This document shows, in pieces, positions 40,306 to 54,375 of a stretch of DNA of 64,000 bases. The notes below the pieces were generated by a model that did no database searches, was not told the DNA's origin, and saw only the letters and a list, made by a program, of their open reading frames with translations. Within the stretch, counting starts at the first letter, position 1; each line of letters begins with the position of its first letter. The stretch lies in NCBI RefSeq assembly GCF_036321535.1, contig NC_087447.1, positions 43,278,001 to 43,342,000 of the forward strand, read 5' to 3'. The translations under genes were made by a program, and so were the position numbers. Source of the stretch: Camelus dromedarius. Its lineage: Eukaryota.

Positions 40306-40813
40306 TGATAAAAGAAATTTTCACATAATGAGGTATGGGAAAGTCATTCTGGCTTATACATGAGTTAACTTGAATTTTATGCTAACTGAAACAGCCTGTT
40401 TGTGGCCTATCAAACATACATTGCACATCTGCTTTAATTATTAAAGAAAAGGGCACATTGACCAGAAGTAAAGAATGCCCACATTAAAAATAAAGATTAA
40501 ATGCCTCTCTTCCTGGGACGCCAGTGCTGGTCCTCCTCTGATAAGACTCCCCTCCCAGGTGCCAAGGCCACACGGCATGTGCTGGACATGTACGTGCGGG
40601 CAGGTTTTTGGAAACCTCGAAGAAATGTATCCCTGACTTGTTTAATGTTCTCTGTTCTGACAAGATAGAAAACAGTGCCAAAAACCCTGCTTCTCTGGAG
40701 CAGTTTCTCAGAGGAACCTGAGAATCGGGCTTCCAGGCTGGTCCTCAGTTTGGTTCAAATAAATCTCTTTTCTATTCTTATTATTGATTGTTTATTGATT
40801 ATTTTCATCCACA
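40306..40813 (+). mobile_element. Probable ERV1-class solo LTR
   Basis: ~500-bp block, TG...CA termini, AATAAA at 40758-40763 after ctcagtttggttca; interrupts a CA-rich low-complexity tract. 5' boundary uncertain (40306 or 40329); TSD not clear. Confidence 0.55.
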
Positions 40814-42189
40814 ATTCACATACCTAAACCGCCACACCACAATTCCAACACACACACACGTACCCAAAACTCCTCCACATTCTTCATATATGCACACCCC
40901 CCCGTACCTGTTACCCCCCACTCAAGGCACTTCCACCTCAGTGGGTACCTTACCCTGCCCACCACACACCTCCACCACTCCAGACACGCCACCCCCACCG
41001 CCCCTCCCCAGCACACACGCACACACCCCATGCATGCACGCATACCATCACCTCCTCCATCTCTCTCCACGCTCACACGGGCCACCCCTGTACAGAGCTC
41101 ACACTCCAGGCATTCTCATATCACCCTTATGTGCCAAGACAGAAGACTCCCCACACCCCTGCCCCCACGAGGCCTCTAGGCCCATCCCCTGGACCAAAGA
41201 GCATGAGGGGGAACCTGGCAGCAAGAGGTGGGAAAGCTGGAGTGAGCATCCCTGGGGCCGCAGCTCCCTTCCTGAAGGTCAGGCCCCGGCCTGAGGCACA
41301 GGAAGGAGGACAGAGGACTGGGAAGGGAGGGGACAAGGACTGGGGCTAGACACTTCTGTGTCCTTCAGACGCAGCCTCAGGCACCACGGTGAGTCCAGCA
41401 GCCCGCCTCCTTCCTGCTCTCCCTAAATCCCACCCCTAAACAAAGATGCCCCACCTGCTGCCAGACCCTCTTCCCATGCCCCGCAAGAGCAGGCCTCCCT
41501 GGGACCTGCAGGTCTTGCTCAGGTGCAGTGAGTGCTGAGCTCAAGCTCTCCTGGGCTGGCAGGCAGGGGTCAGAAGGCAAGAGGTACAGGACCCAGGTGG
41601 GGAGGAGCTGGCAGGAAGGTGACGGGGAAGTCAGGGCTCTCAGCTACAAACTCCACAGATGCTCACAGGGCTCAGGGACAGCCCCTTCCTGTGCCTGGCC
41701 AGACGGAGGCTGTGGCAGAGGCACACCGGGGCCTTGGCGGTCCCAACCCTCAGCTCCACCTGAAGGTTGGGCCCCGTCCTGTCCCCCTGCCCATCATCAC
41801 CCTGAACTCCTACACTGTCCTTGCCACCCTGCCCATTATCAGCAGAGGTGAGTCCTGGGGTGAGAGGTCTCTCTCTCTGCTCCTGTCACCCCAGGATCCA
41901 TGTGGCCTGGGTGAGGGCCTCCCTTTTGGGCCTGGAGGGAGAAAGAACCAGTGTCCAGCAGATGCTAGCTGGGCTCCAGGTCCCATGATGGGCAGATGCC
42001 AGCACTACTGCCTAGAGCACTTCCAGCTCACTCTAGGCGCAGCCTCGGACTGGGTCTGATGGACACAAGAAAGCCATCTCAGTGGCACATCACCCCTTCC
42101 TACAGCACCAGCCAGCATTAATCCAGAGTAACAGACCAGGCCTTAGTGGACAATGGTGAGGCGGACACCTCTCTCTTTAGAAAGTGTTC

Positions 42190-42193
42190 CTCT

Positions 42194-42225
<32 letters not shown>

Positions 42226-42286
42226 CCCTCTCCCTCCCCCTCTCCCTCTCTCTCTCTCTCAAACACACACACACACACACACACAC
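42190..42286. repeat. Compound (CT)n-(CA)n microsatellite
   Basis: Directly visible. Confidence 0.93.
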
Positions 42287-42365
42287 CCTAGACTGGTCCC
42301 ACCCTAGTGCAGCCTGTTCTCTCTGGACTCCACATCCTGGTCCTCCCAGAAGATGCTGCCTCTAG

Positions 42366-42379
42366 GTTTCCGTGGCAAC
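42366..42379. promoter_or_regulatory. RFX X-box motif
   Basis: GTTTCCGTGGCAAC. Confidence 0.5.
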
Positions 42380-42619
42380 AGTAGTTGGCTCCCTGACTGC
42401 TGAGTTACAACAAGCCCTCCTCTTTGTCTAACTTAGGGGGTTTCTAGGGGACACAAACTGGGCATTTAGGCCTGGGCTCCAGACTTGACTGGGCCATGGC
42501 TCACCTGGTAGCCAGGGGCAAGTCCCTAAGCCTCTGGCCTCAGTGAGGATGAGGCTACACCTTGACCCTTTCAGTTCTGACATACTGACTCCAGCTCAGA
42601 CAAGCCGACTCTAAACAAT

Positions 42620-44060
42620 TTTCTTACATACCAGAAACATCTAGTTAAAAATATAAGAGATCCTATTCACAAAAGCAATAGAAGAAATAGCCTATCTAGG
42701 AAAACTGCACAAGAAACATCTCAGATATATGGGAAAGCAGACTAAAATTCTAAAAAACAAACTAGAAATCTTACCTATACAAACATTTAAGGAGATGCAT
42801 CCTCTGTTTCTGTCTGGTGTTATAATTTTGGCAAATGAGTTTATAGATTTGATACTCTTCTAATCACAAGTGCAGTGGGATTTTTTTTTAACTGGACAGA
42901 TTTATTCCAAAATTCATCTGGAAAAATAAGCTAATTTTCCAAGACAGTTGAGAATATTTTATAAAAGAAAAAGAGTAAGGAGGCACTCGCCACACCAGTT
43001 TTCAAACCTTCCTATGACTCTGAAAGAACCAGAACAGCAGTCCTGGCTCAAGAATGACCAAACAGACCAACACTGTGTGGGAAGAGACCCACATCTGCAG
43101 AGGAAGCTGATTTACTATAAAGACGGCCTTTCAAAACACTGAAGAAATGTTGCACTTTTTACTAAATGGTTTAGAGATCAGCTTGCTATCCATTTGGGGG
43201 GAAAAAGTTATATCTCTACTTCATATCAGACATAAAAATAACAGATGGATTAAGATTTACTGTAAAAAAGAAAACATTTCTACAAGGAGTAAGCGTTGGA
43301 AAATATTTTTCTAATCATGTGCAGGGAGTAGGGGAGCTTTTCTAAGCAGGTGCCTAAATGCAGAAGCCATACTGACTTTATTAGGTTCAAAAAGACAGTC
43401 TTCTACATGACAAGAGACACTGTAATCGAAGTGAGTGCAAAGTTGGAAAACAGGCAACAGGGAGGCATGTTATATATTGCTGCGGAGAGTGCTGATTGAT
43501 GGTTTTTCTAGAAGGAATGTCTAATACCAATGTATCAAAAACCTTTAAGATACTCACTCTTTTTCCGCCATTAATTTCACTTCTCTGAGGCTATTCTAAG
43601 AAGGTGATCAGGTGAGCATGGAGATTTAAGTACAAAGATGTTCATCACTGAGAATTTAGAAACTATCGAAATACCAAAATAGGAGAATGATTAAATACAT
43701 TTCAGTAAGTTCATAAAAAGAAATGAAACATTTAAAATATTTAACGATATGGGAAAACATATTACATAAAAAACTTAGATGTCAAAACAGCCTACACAAG
43801 TTTGTGTTTGCTTTTGTCTGAAGGATATTTTATTATTTGGTACATGAATACTCATGACTATCAGATCTATATTGCTTAGTGCTGTACTTCCTGTTCTAAG
43901 GTGCCCCTCTTTGACATATCTGGTGCTTTTTGACTTATGCTCAACATTATATGATATTGCTATCATAAAAAATTAAAAATTAAAAAAAAACTTAAAGGAT
44001 ATATGCACAAACATATATAATTGCTTTGTGAACAAACTCCAACTGCATATTCTTTTAGAT
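42620..44060 (+). mobile_element. Highly decayed old L1 ORF2/3' remnant
   Basis: AT-rich with L1-like words (ttccaaaattcatctggaaaaataa, ctacttcatatcagacataaaaataa). Boundaries approximate. Confidence 0.65.
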
Positions 44061-45063
44061 AATGTCCAAGACTTTTTTTCCCAGAATAGCACCTAAAGAG
44101 GATTTAAATCCATTTTTTCAATTAACAGTTTTCTGCACTAGCAGCACAAAACAAAACAACCTTATTTTAGACTTCACTCTGCACTGTTCACAACTCCACT
44201 CTGCTCCGCTCTGCAAAGCTCCTCCTGTTCCCAGTGGAACAACGGTAACTAGCCTGGGCATTAATGCCCCAAGGCCTCCTTCCTGACCCAGAGTTTAAGT
44301 TTTTCCTTTGTCACAATGGCCTTTCTTTGAAGAATATCAGTGTGAAGTTTATAAAAATGCATCCCCTAGAAGATACAAATGCTGCTGGTGGAGCAAGTGA
44401 AAACGAAGTGGTTGAGAAAAGCACAGGAAGAAAGAGCTAAGAGACAAAACAACAGCGGAGCGTATGTTTTCCTTTAGGTCTTAAAGTCAGACGGAACTTA
44501 TTTTGAGGATGACAGACTTCAGTGAAGGGAAAAATATCATAAGACTTTACCCTGATTTTTTTTTCTCCTCTCAGATGTTTTTTGCTTTATGGTCTCACTC
44601 ATTTTCTTTTTCTTTCTTTCTTTCTTTCTTTTTTTTTTTAATGAAGCAAGGGTTACCAAGGGTTGGCATATTATAAAAGACTGAAAAGAAATACAAGGAA
44701 AAGATGCTCAACTTCATTATTCACCAGGGAAATGTAAAGTAAAACCACAATACCATACACTACACATTTACCAGAATGGCCAAAATAAAAAGAAAAGACA
44801 GTCTTGATGAGGACGTGGAACAACCAGGACTCATATACTGCTGGCGAAAGCACGTTGGTATAGAACCATTTTGGAAAACTTTGGCAGCATCTGCTAGGGC
44901 TGAGTGTAAAATTCAGCAATTCCACTCCTAAGTGCATAATACCCCGCAGATACACACACCCACGTGCAGCAATAGACATGTACAAACGTGTTCACGGCAG
45001 CATGAGTCACAGTTGCCAAATACTTGAAACTTCCCAAATGCCCATAAATAATAGACGGACATA

Positions 45064-45255
45064 CAAACTGCTACATACAAATCAGACAAACAACAAGGTC
45101 CTTCTGTACAGCACAGGGAATCATATTCAATACCTTGTAATAACCTATAAAGAAAAGAATCTGAAAAAGAATACATGTATATATGTATAATCACTATGCT
45201 GTACACCAGAAACTAACACAACACTGTAAATCAATTATATTTCAATAAAAAATAA
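45064..45255 (+). mobile_element. Short L1 3'-UTR insertion within an older L1 remnant (~44690-45700)
   Basis: aacaacaaggtc...gcacagggaa...gctgtacaccagaaactaacaca...; 18-bp TSD with 2 mismatches (45046-45063, 45256-45273). Confidence 0.8.
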
Positions 45256-48200
45256 AAATAGTAGATGGACATATAGAGCGTGCTGTATTCACACAAATAC
45301 TACACAGCAACAATAAACGAACTCCTGTACGTGCCTAACACAATGAACCCCGCAAACACAACACTGCCAAGATGAGCCAGACTCAAAGAGGAGATAATAA
45401 ATTTTTTCACTTATATAAATGTCAAACACAGGCAAAATTAATCTGTGATGTCAGAAGTCAGTTTAACCGCTTTGGAGCAAGGAGTTACCAGAAAAGAGTT
45501 CAAAGGAAGCTTCCAGGGTGCTGGCGATGTTCTGTTTCTTGGTCTGGGTTTTGTTAACGTAACTGAGTTCAGCTGTGAAAATTCATTACAAGCTGTGTAC
45601 CTAAAATGTGTGTGTTGTTAGGTGTACATATATAGATACACTTCAATAAAAAGTTTAAAAATAGAATTAATCAAAATGCTAGCAGGAGTTACTTCTGGGT
45701 GTTGGGATTATAGTTTTGGGCCAGTGTTGCCCAAATCTGTCTGGACATCAGAGTCCCCTGTGGAACTATTTAAAAATTCAGATTCTTGGGGCACTCCCCA
45801 AGAGTCTGACTGAGGTGGTCTAGGAGGGGCTCCAGTGTGGCACCCCTGAATTTCTAGAGTACAGCACTCCATACCAGGGTCTGAACTGTTGAAGCTTCAG
45901 CTCTCCCTGGTGGACAGGGGCTGGGAAAACCTGCCTGGGGTACTGCCCGTTCCCCGTGGGTAGGGCTGTAAGGTGCGGACCAGGCCCTAGGATTTGGGAG
46001 CTTCCTGGAAGAGTGAGAGAAAGAGCCTGCAAAGCCCAAGGCACCCGCACTTCAGCCAGACTGCAGGAGAGGGAGCCTAGCAAAGCCCTTAAGAGAATGG
46101 TCAGGCAGTCAAATAGACGTGGGCCCAAGTCCGGCTTTGTGATAAGCTCTGTGACCTTGGGCTTAACCTCTCTGAGCCTTACTCACATTACAGGAATTCA
46201 CAGGGATTCTAACAAGTATATCACAGAGCTATGAATGTTAAAAAAAGACAACTTATGTAAAACACTTAATACAAAGCCCAGCACGCAGTAAGATCATGGT
46301 GATAACAGTGATGATATATGCCACATGTGAGCATTGCTTAATGCTTAAAAGTTACAGGATTATTGTATTTAATTGAGTATTATATTTAATAATATATATA
46401 TAATAGAGACATAAATTGATATTAAGTATGGAAAGTCCAAATTATGGAAAATCTGATGTTCTGATGATTATTATGGTCTCCTTTTGTAGACATTGCATAT
46501 CAAAATACTCATTCATTCATTCATTCCAGAGAAGTTAAGGGTACAAGCCTTTGAAAGCCTGCCTCACCACTTATGTGACAATGTGACCTTGGCCAGCTTA
46601 CTTAACAACTCTGTGTCCCAGTTTCTGCCTCTCATATTGAGAATGACAACAGCACCTACCTCACAATGCGGGCGTGACTATTATTCGAGTTAATTTGTGT
46701 AAATGGCTCAGAACTATGCATTACACTGTTAAGTGCTCAGTACATATTTGCTGTTAGTGTCCACTCAACAATGATTTACTGAGTGCTTACTGTGTACATG
46801 CACTGCAGGCTGAGGACACAACAATGAAAAGACAGACATGGCTCCTGCCTTCATGGAGCTTATAATCAAATGCCAATAATGTATATAAACTAATTTCTAA
46901 ATGGATGAGCAAATGGGACCTTTCCTAACAGAGTTCCATTACATGGGGCATGTCCCAGGCATCAAAACCCTTCATCGGTTCATTCCATCCTATTCTAAGA
47001 TCTCTTTTCAATAAGAATATCCTGTGACACACTGGGTTCCTTGTGGCACTTTCTGACCCTCACACAGGAGACAGCTCTGCCCAGGAGCCTAAAACCCAGC
47101 CACCAGTAGACCCTCCCTGGGGCTCAGATCTAAGAAATCACTCTGACTTCAGTGTGGCCCAGCATAGAATTAGACACTGAGAAGAACAGACCAGTGAATT
47201 TAAAGACACAGAAATCCAAATACTCCAAAATAAAGCTCAGAGAGGAAAAAATACTTTAAAAAGAAAACCCAAAGTATCAGTGAGCTGTGGAACAATACCA
47301 AACAGTCTAACACACGTGTAATTATGGGGTGAAAAAAGGAAAGAGGAGGCAGGAAAAAATAGTTGAGGAAATAACGTGTCCCCAATTTTTTCAAGTTTGA
47401 TGAAAACTATAAACCCACAAATCCAACAACCTCAAAAGACAGCAGACAGAATATGAAGAAAACTACTCCAAGATACTTCATAATCAAATTGTTGAAAACC
47501 AAGGTTAAAGGAAAAATCTTAAAAGTGGCCAGAAAAGGGGGTGGGGGAGGCAGACACTGCAAACAGAAAGAAAAAAAATGCATACAAGCAAAATCCAAGA
47601 GACTGCATCATCAGCAGATCGGCACCACAAGAGATGTTCAAATTAAGTCTTTCAGGGAAAGGGAAAATGATCCCAGATGACAATTTGAACATACATATGA
47701 AGAACATTGAAAATGTAAATATGTAGGTACATGTAAAATGTTCTTCCTCATTAAAAAAATAAAACACCTGAATTCAACACCATATAAAAAGGATTATACA
47801 TCTTGACCAAGTAGGATTTACTCCAGGGATGAAAAGTTGGCTTTCATCCAAAAATCAATTAATATAATACACACTATCAATAGAATAAAGGACAAAAGAC
47901 ATTATCATCTCAATCAAGGCAGAAAAAGCATTTGAAAAAAGTTGGCCTCCCTTCATGATAAAATCATTTAACAAATCAGGAATAGAAGGGGATTTCCTCA
48001 ACCTGATAAGGGGCATCTATAAAAAACTAAAAAGTATCATACTTAAAAGAGAAAGATTGAATACACACCTTCTAATATCAAAACAAATTTGTTCAACATT
48101 GTATGAGAGGTACTAGCTAAGATGAATAGGCAAGAAAATGAAATAAAAGGCATCCAGATTATAAAAGAAGTAAAATTATCTCTATTCATAGGTGACACGG

Positions 48201-48357
48201 TTTTGTGTAAAGAAAACTTAAAGTATCCACTAAAAACTACTAAAACTAATAAACAAGTTCCGCAAACTTTCAGGATACAAGATCAATATACAAAATCAGT
48301 TATATTTCTATATACTTGCAGTGAAAAATCCAAAAATAAAAATAAGAAAACAATTCA

Positions 48358-48508
48358 GGGGAGGAGGATATAGCTCAAGTGGCAGAGCGCATGCTTAGTG
48401 TGCACAAAGTCCTGAGTTCGATCCCCAGCACCTCTATCAAAAAATAAATACATAAACTAATTACCTCCCCCCAAAACAAAAACAAACAAAAACAAAACAA
48501 ATTTAAAA
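48358..48508 (+). mobile_element. tRNA-Ala-derived SINE (vic-1-like), inserted in L1 ORF2
   Basis: Same architecture as the 39.1-kb copy; exact 14-bp TSD aagaaaacaattca at 48344-48357 and 48509-48522. Confidence 0.87.
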
Positions 48509-50381
48509 AAGAAAACAATTCAATTTACAAAAGCATCCACAAAAATACTTAGGAGTGGATTTAAAAAAAAAAAGTGTAAGACTGTTCATTGAAAATTACA
48601 AACTTCTTTCAGAGAGATTAAAGAAAACATAAATAAATAAAAAGATTAAATATTGTTAAGATGGTAAAACTCCTAAAATGGATCTACAGATTCAACACTA
48701 TCTCCATCAGAATACTAGTGGGTGTCTTTACAGAAATTGACAAGCTGGTCCTAAAATTCATATGGAAATTCAAGGGACCCAGCATAGCCAAACAATCTTG
48801 AAAAAGAACAAATTCAGAGAGCTCACATGTCCTGACTTCAAAACTTACTGCAGAGCTACAGTTATCAAGACAGTGTGGCACCAGTATAAGGTCAGACTCA
48901 TACATCAACACAGCAGGAGCGAGAGTCCAGAAATAAACTCGCATTTATGGTCAACTGATTTTTGACAAGGATGCCAAGACTGTTCAATGGGAGAAAAAAA
49001 TAGCTTTTTTCAGTAAACGGTGCCAGGGCAACTGACTATCCAAAATGAGAATGACCTGGGACCCTCTACCTCACACTGCACACAAAAATTAACTCAAAAT
49101 TAATGAAAGACCTAAACATAAGAGCTAAAACTATAAAACTCTTAGAAGAAAATATAGACATAAATCTTTGTGACCTTGAATTGAGCAATGATTTCATGGA
49201 GACGACACCAAAAGCATAAGCAGCAACAACAAAAAATAGATAAATTAGACTTCATCAAAATTTCAAACATTTGTGTTGTAAAGAACACCATTTTAAGAAA
49301 GTAAAACGACAACTCACAGAATGGAATAAAACATTTGCAAATCACTATCTGATAAGGGACTTATACCTAGAATATGTAAAGAATGCTCACAGTTCAGTAA
49401 TAAAAAGACAAATAACCCATTTAAAAGTGCACAAGGGATTTGAATAAACATTTTTCCAATGGAGATATACAAATGGCCTAGAGGTACATCATTAGTCATT
49501 ATGAGTCATCAGGGAAATATAAGTCAAAACTACAGTGAGATACAACTTTATACTCGCTAGGATGCCTATAATCAAAACCCCAGATAAAACATGTATTGGC
49601 AGGGACATGGAGAAATTAGAACTCCCATACATTGCTGGTGGGAACATGAAATGGTGCAGTCACTTTGGAAAACAGTCTGGGAGTTCCTCAAAAGCTCGAA
49701 TGTACGGTCTCCCAGAAGTTCTACTCCTAAGCACATACCCAAAAGAAACAAGCATGGCCACAGATGTTCACGGCAGCATCATTTATAATAACTACAAAGT
49801 GGAAACAATGTGAATGTCCATCAACTGACAAAAGAATAAACAAACTTATAAGCTTCTGCACAGCAAAGGAAACCATAAACAAAACCAAAAGACAACATAT
49901 GGAATGGGAGAAAGTATTTGCAAATGATGCAACTGACAAGGGCTCAATTTCCAAAATATATAAACAGCTCATACAATGCAATAAAAAAAAACAAACAACT
50001 CAATCAAAAAATGGGGCAGAAGACCTAAACAGACATTTCTCCAAAGAAAACATACAGACATAGCCAATAGACACATGAATAAATGTTCAATGTATCTAAT
50101 TATTAGAGAAATGCAAATCAAAACTACAGTGAGGTATCACCTCACACCAGTCAGAATGGCCATCATTAGTCTACAAATAATAAATGTTGGAGAGGGTGTG
50201 GAGAAAAGGGAACCCTCCTACACTCTTGACAGGAATGTAAATTGGTGCAGCCACTATGGAGAAGACGAAAGCTCTATGAGACACATGCACCCCAATGTTC
50301 ACAGCAGCATTATGTACAATAGCCAAGATGTGGGAGCAACCTACATGTCCACCAACAGATAACTAGATATAGAAGTTGTGG

Positions 50382-50384
<3 letters not shown>

Positions 50385-50425
<41 letters not shown>
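50385..50425. repeat. (CA)n microsatellite inside the L1 3' region
   Basis: Directly visible. Confidence 0.95.
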
Positions 50426-50428
<3 letters not shown>

Positions 50429-51479
50429 CCAATGGAATACTACTCAGCCATAAAAAAATAAGGAAATAATGCCATTTGCAACAACACGGATGGACCTAGA
50501 GATTATCCTATTTAGCGAAGTAAGTCAGAGAAAGACAAATATTATATGAAATCACTTATATATGGAATCTAAAAAAAGTACAATGAACTTATTTACAAAA
50601 CAGAAGTAGACTCACAGACATAGAAAACAAACTCATGGTTACCAAGGGAAAGGCAGGGAAGGGATAAATTGGGAGTAAGGGATTATGGGACATGCACACT
50701 ACCATTTATAAAATAAACAAGGATATAAAATAGATAAACAACAAGGATAAACAACAAGGATTTGTATAGTACAGGGAACTGTATTCAATATCTTATAATA
50801 AACTATAATGAAAAAGAATCAGAAAAATCTAGATATATACATATAACCAAATCAGTTTGCTGTACACCCGAGACTAACACAATACCGTAAATCAACTATA
50901 CTTTAGTCAAAAAAAAAGAAAAACAAACAAAAAGAGTTACAATTAATAAGCAAGCTAAGAATAGATATAAAATAGAATCACAAAAGATATACAATCTCTA
51001 AGAAAGTAGGAAAAGAAGAAAAAAGAACAAAAGAACAAGTGGGACAAACAGAATACTAATAGCAAGATGGTAGATTTAAACTCAACCACACTGGTAATAA
51101 TATTTAATGTAAATGGTCTGAACATTCCAATTAAAAAGCCAAATTTGTCTGATTGGATAAAAATGGCACAATGGTATGATTTCTAAAAGAAGCTGACTTT
51201 ATACATAAAGCCAGAGAGGCTAAAAGTAAAAGGATGGAAAAAGATGCCATGCAAACACTTTCCACAGAAAGCCGGAATGATTATATTAATGTCAGACCAA
51301 CTGGACTTCAGGACAAGAAATACTACCATAGACAAAAAAGGACATCTCATACTGATGAAGGGGTTAAGCTCTTGAGAGGATATAACAATCTTAAATGTTT
51401 ATGCACCTACGAACAGAACTTCAACACACATGAAACAAAAACTGATAGAACTAAAAAGAAAAAGTAAAATTAAGGAGAA

Positions 51480-52600
51480 AGGTCAAAGGAGCAACTCTAG
51501 TCATCAGTTAGAGACAGAAGTGAAAGCCATGGCCATCTGTGAGCTCACCAGGGACAAGCGTAAGGAAGAAAAGGGACAGGGACGGAATCCTGGCCCACAT
51601 CAGCATTCCCAGGCTGAACAGAAGAAACTCTCACAAAGAAAACTGAGAAATAATTATCAGCATGGCAGGCAGAAAAGGAGAGGGTGGAGTCACAGAATGC
51701 AAACGAAGAGGGCTTCTAAAGGCAGAGTGCACTCAGTTCCAACAAATGCTGGTGACAGGTCAACCAGGAACTGAAAGGCTTCAGATGAATTTACAGTAAG
51801 ACTCCCTGGAGACACAGGCAGGAGAAGCTCAAGGGGTGAAGAGGGCGCAGAAGCCAGGTTGTAGTGGACTGAGGACTCAGCAGGAGGTGAGGAAGTGGAG
51901 GTAATGAACACTGACTTTGACTTCAATAGACTTGGCTGAGAAGGGTAGGAGAGAGAGGAGGTTGTAAAGTCAAGGTATTTTGGTTTTATTTCTTAACTGG
52001 GTTAGAAAGCAACAAGCCAGGAGAGTGGGGCCAATGAAGATGCAGAGGAGAGAAGCAATGAGCAACAGAGGGAAGAACCTGGGTGGAGGGGCAAGGACCA
52101 GGCAACAGGGCTGCTGGGTACTGCTGGGGGCTCAGCGAGGCTGTGGACCATGAATTTGGACTGGTGTCAACTCATGAAGGGATTCCCACCTCCCACCCTC
52201 CACCCCACCCCTATAAGCCAGGACCAGAGAACGCAGGCAGGTACTGTGTTCTAGGGATGGTGTGGGAGACTAAGGGGCCAGGTGGTGAATGGTGAGCAGT
52301 TGAAATAACAGGTCGTGGGGTTCAGATTGGATGGGAACAAGCGTTGATTCAAGGTGAGGAGAAAAACTAAGAGGCAGGAGCCTGAAGTTCTCAATGAACA
52401 GACATAGTGGAGGGTGGTGGGGACAGAGTGCATAGGAAGTACAGAGAGATTAAGACTTCAGAAGTGGAACAGTTTCACATGGTGACAAGATCTCAGTGAT
52501 GGGTGACTAAAGTAAAGGAGACATTCAAGGAGTTGAAGACAACAAGAAACTCAGAGGCCAGGGTCCAGAAGAATTGTCTTCATAGACGTGGAAGCTCCCA
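51480..52600 (-). mobile_element. LINE-2 remnant
   Basis: Purine-rich decayed L2-like sequence (gagctcaccaggga, aaatgctggtgacaggtcaa, gaagccaggttgtagtggactgagg). Boundaries approximate. Confidence 0.55.
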
Positions 52601-54327
52601 GTATGACTGGTAGAACCTACAATAAAAACACTGGGACAAGATTCTTTTGCTCTGGCTACAACCTTACATGGCTGGACCATCTATCTTTGCCATCAGTTAT
52701 GACTATTCCCAGCCTGTGGAGGTTATGTCCCTGTGACTCAGCCTTCAACCCTGAGGCTGCCTGGCTCCTCCCCTCCCTTGTCCATCAACTTAGAGCCCTG
52801 TGTACCCATACAGGACTGGCTACCATGGATGAAACGTCACACTCATCGGCACCATCTTGACGTGTGCAGTTTTTAAGGGATAGTGGCAGAAATCTTTCAA
52901 CATGAAAGAGCCAGAGTGATTGGGGGAGGGGGGCCTGGAAAAGCAGAGAGACACCAAATCCCAGAGAGAGTCATCCTAGAAACCAGTATGGCCAGGCATC
53001 CGCTGTGGATATACAGTCCACAGCGCGCTCAGGGCCTTCATTCACATGAGGCAAGGTCATAACCAAAGGACCATTCGCTCCCAGTAAGCTCCCGACTCCC
53101 GCACAGCAAGTCTGGCTCCCAGGCCTGTGGTGCAAAGTAAGAGCCTTGAGCAGGGGGCCTGGGTTCTAGTCCTGATTCTGCCGTGAGCTTGCGGTGTGAC
53201 TCCGCCCTGAGGCCTCAGTTTTGCCTATTAAACAAAGGGCTAGATGGATCTCAAAGATTCTTGCAGCCTTGACAGTGTACAGGTCGTGGGTGTTGGAAGG
53301 AGACTTAGCAGCTCACATCACTCAAAATGCACCAGCTGCAGAAGACAAGTGAGCGGAAGTCTTCAAGCCTCATAAGAGTCAGCAGAGTCAGCCCCCTGGG
53401 GTTCACTCTGTATACCCTCCTCCTCCTCCTTCCCAAGAGCCTCTGAAGCAGGCTCAAGTGATCCACCAGCTCCCCACCCCTGCCTCCCATTTTTCTCTTC
53501 AGAGATTTTCTTTAGGCTAAAAAGTCAATCTGGTTTGAGGCTGTATGTAGAGAAGGAGAACATGGGGCCATACCCGAGACCCACAGCTCTCCACAGAGCC
53601 CCCTCTGAGGACCCTTCGTCAAAGACCCTAACAGAAACCCAGGGCCAACATCCATGAGGGTGCGAACCAGAGCCCCAGATGCCCCGCTATGACTCTGGCC
53701 TGGTCCCTGTAAGGGCAGGCAGATTCTGCAGGTGCGGGAGACCCTCAGTAGCCACAAGGCAGCTGGGAGGGAATCCATCATCTTTTCTCACCTATGAGGC
53801 AAGCCCCCTCCTTCACATGACAGCTGTTCCTGCCCATCCTCTGGGCCAAGAAACACATCCGAGGGATCCCGCTATCCATAAAGCACAAACAAGGCTCTAG
53901 TCAGCGGCCTTAGAAAAGACCCATCTCCTGACTATAGAAGGCAGGCCCGGGGGTGACAGCCTCGGGCAGGCAGTGTGCAGGTCTGGGTTTTGAACAATGG
54001 GAAGGAACTCCCTCACTGGTTCTGGGAATGCCTGGCTGAGAGACCCAGGACGGGCTGGGGAGAGGGGCTCTGGACTCTGGGCCCTCTCAGCGGCATCACC
54101 TGGCTGGAGTCCCTGCAAAAGGACCACAGGAGGGTCCGGGAGGAACAAACCAAATCCACGACCATCACAGTGAGTGAGGACCTGGCTTAGGGGTCACCCC
54201 CTCCCCTGGACCCCCTTTCCCACACACATAGCTCAGCACATCCGGGGTCCTGCCCACCCCCGCCCTGCAGGGTCTCCTGCCAGCGGCCCTTCCCCAGCCA
54301 GCGCTCCCTCCTCCCCTGCCGGCTCAC

Positions 54328-54375
54328 CGAGCGATCTCCCTTCCTTCCTTCCAGTACTTCCTCCTGGTTGTTCTC
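54328..54375 (-). CDS. TUB: TUB distal alternative exon 2 (RTTRRKYWKEGREIA-R)
   Basis: tttttctcctcag|G...CG|gtgagc; 48 nt, phase 2-2; joins in frame to exon 9983-9932; matches the recalled human long isoform. Confidence 0.9.

Larger units (their letters stand above)
47165..51470 (+). mobile_element. Nested decayed LINE-1 cluster (ORF1 fragment, ORF2 RT/C-terminal fragment, younger L1 3' end, ORF2 endonuclease fragment)
   Basis: A-rich; disrupted L1 peptides such as [62 protein letters not shown]; many stops/frameshifts. Confidence 0.92.

Noticed and set aside
47407..50362. L1 ORF1/ORF2 peptides as functional genes or an active L1
   Set aside because: Fragmented by stops, frameshifts and nested insertions; no 5' promoter.
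53001..53025. 9-bp perfect hairpin (also 30660-30681)
   Set aside because: Stems this short are expected by chance in 64 kb and are too small for a pre-miRNA.
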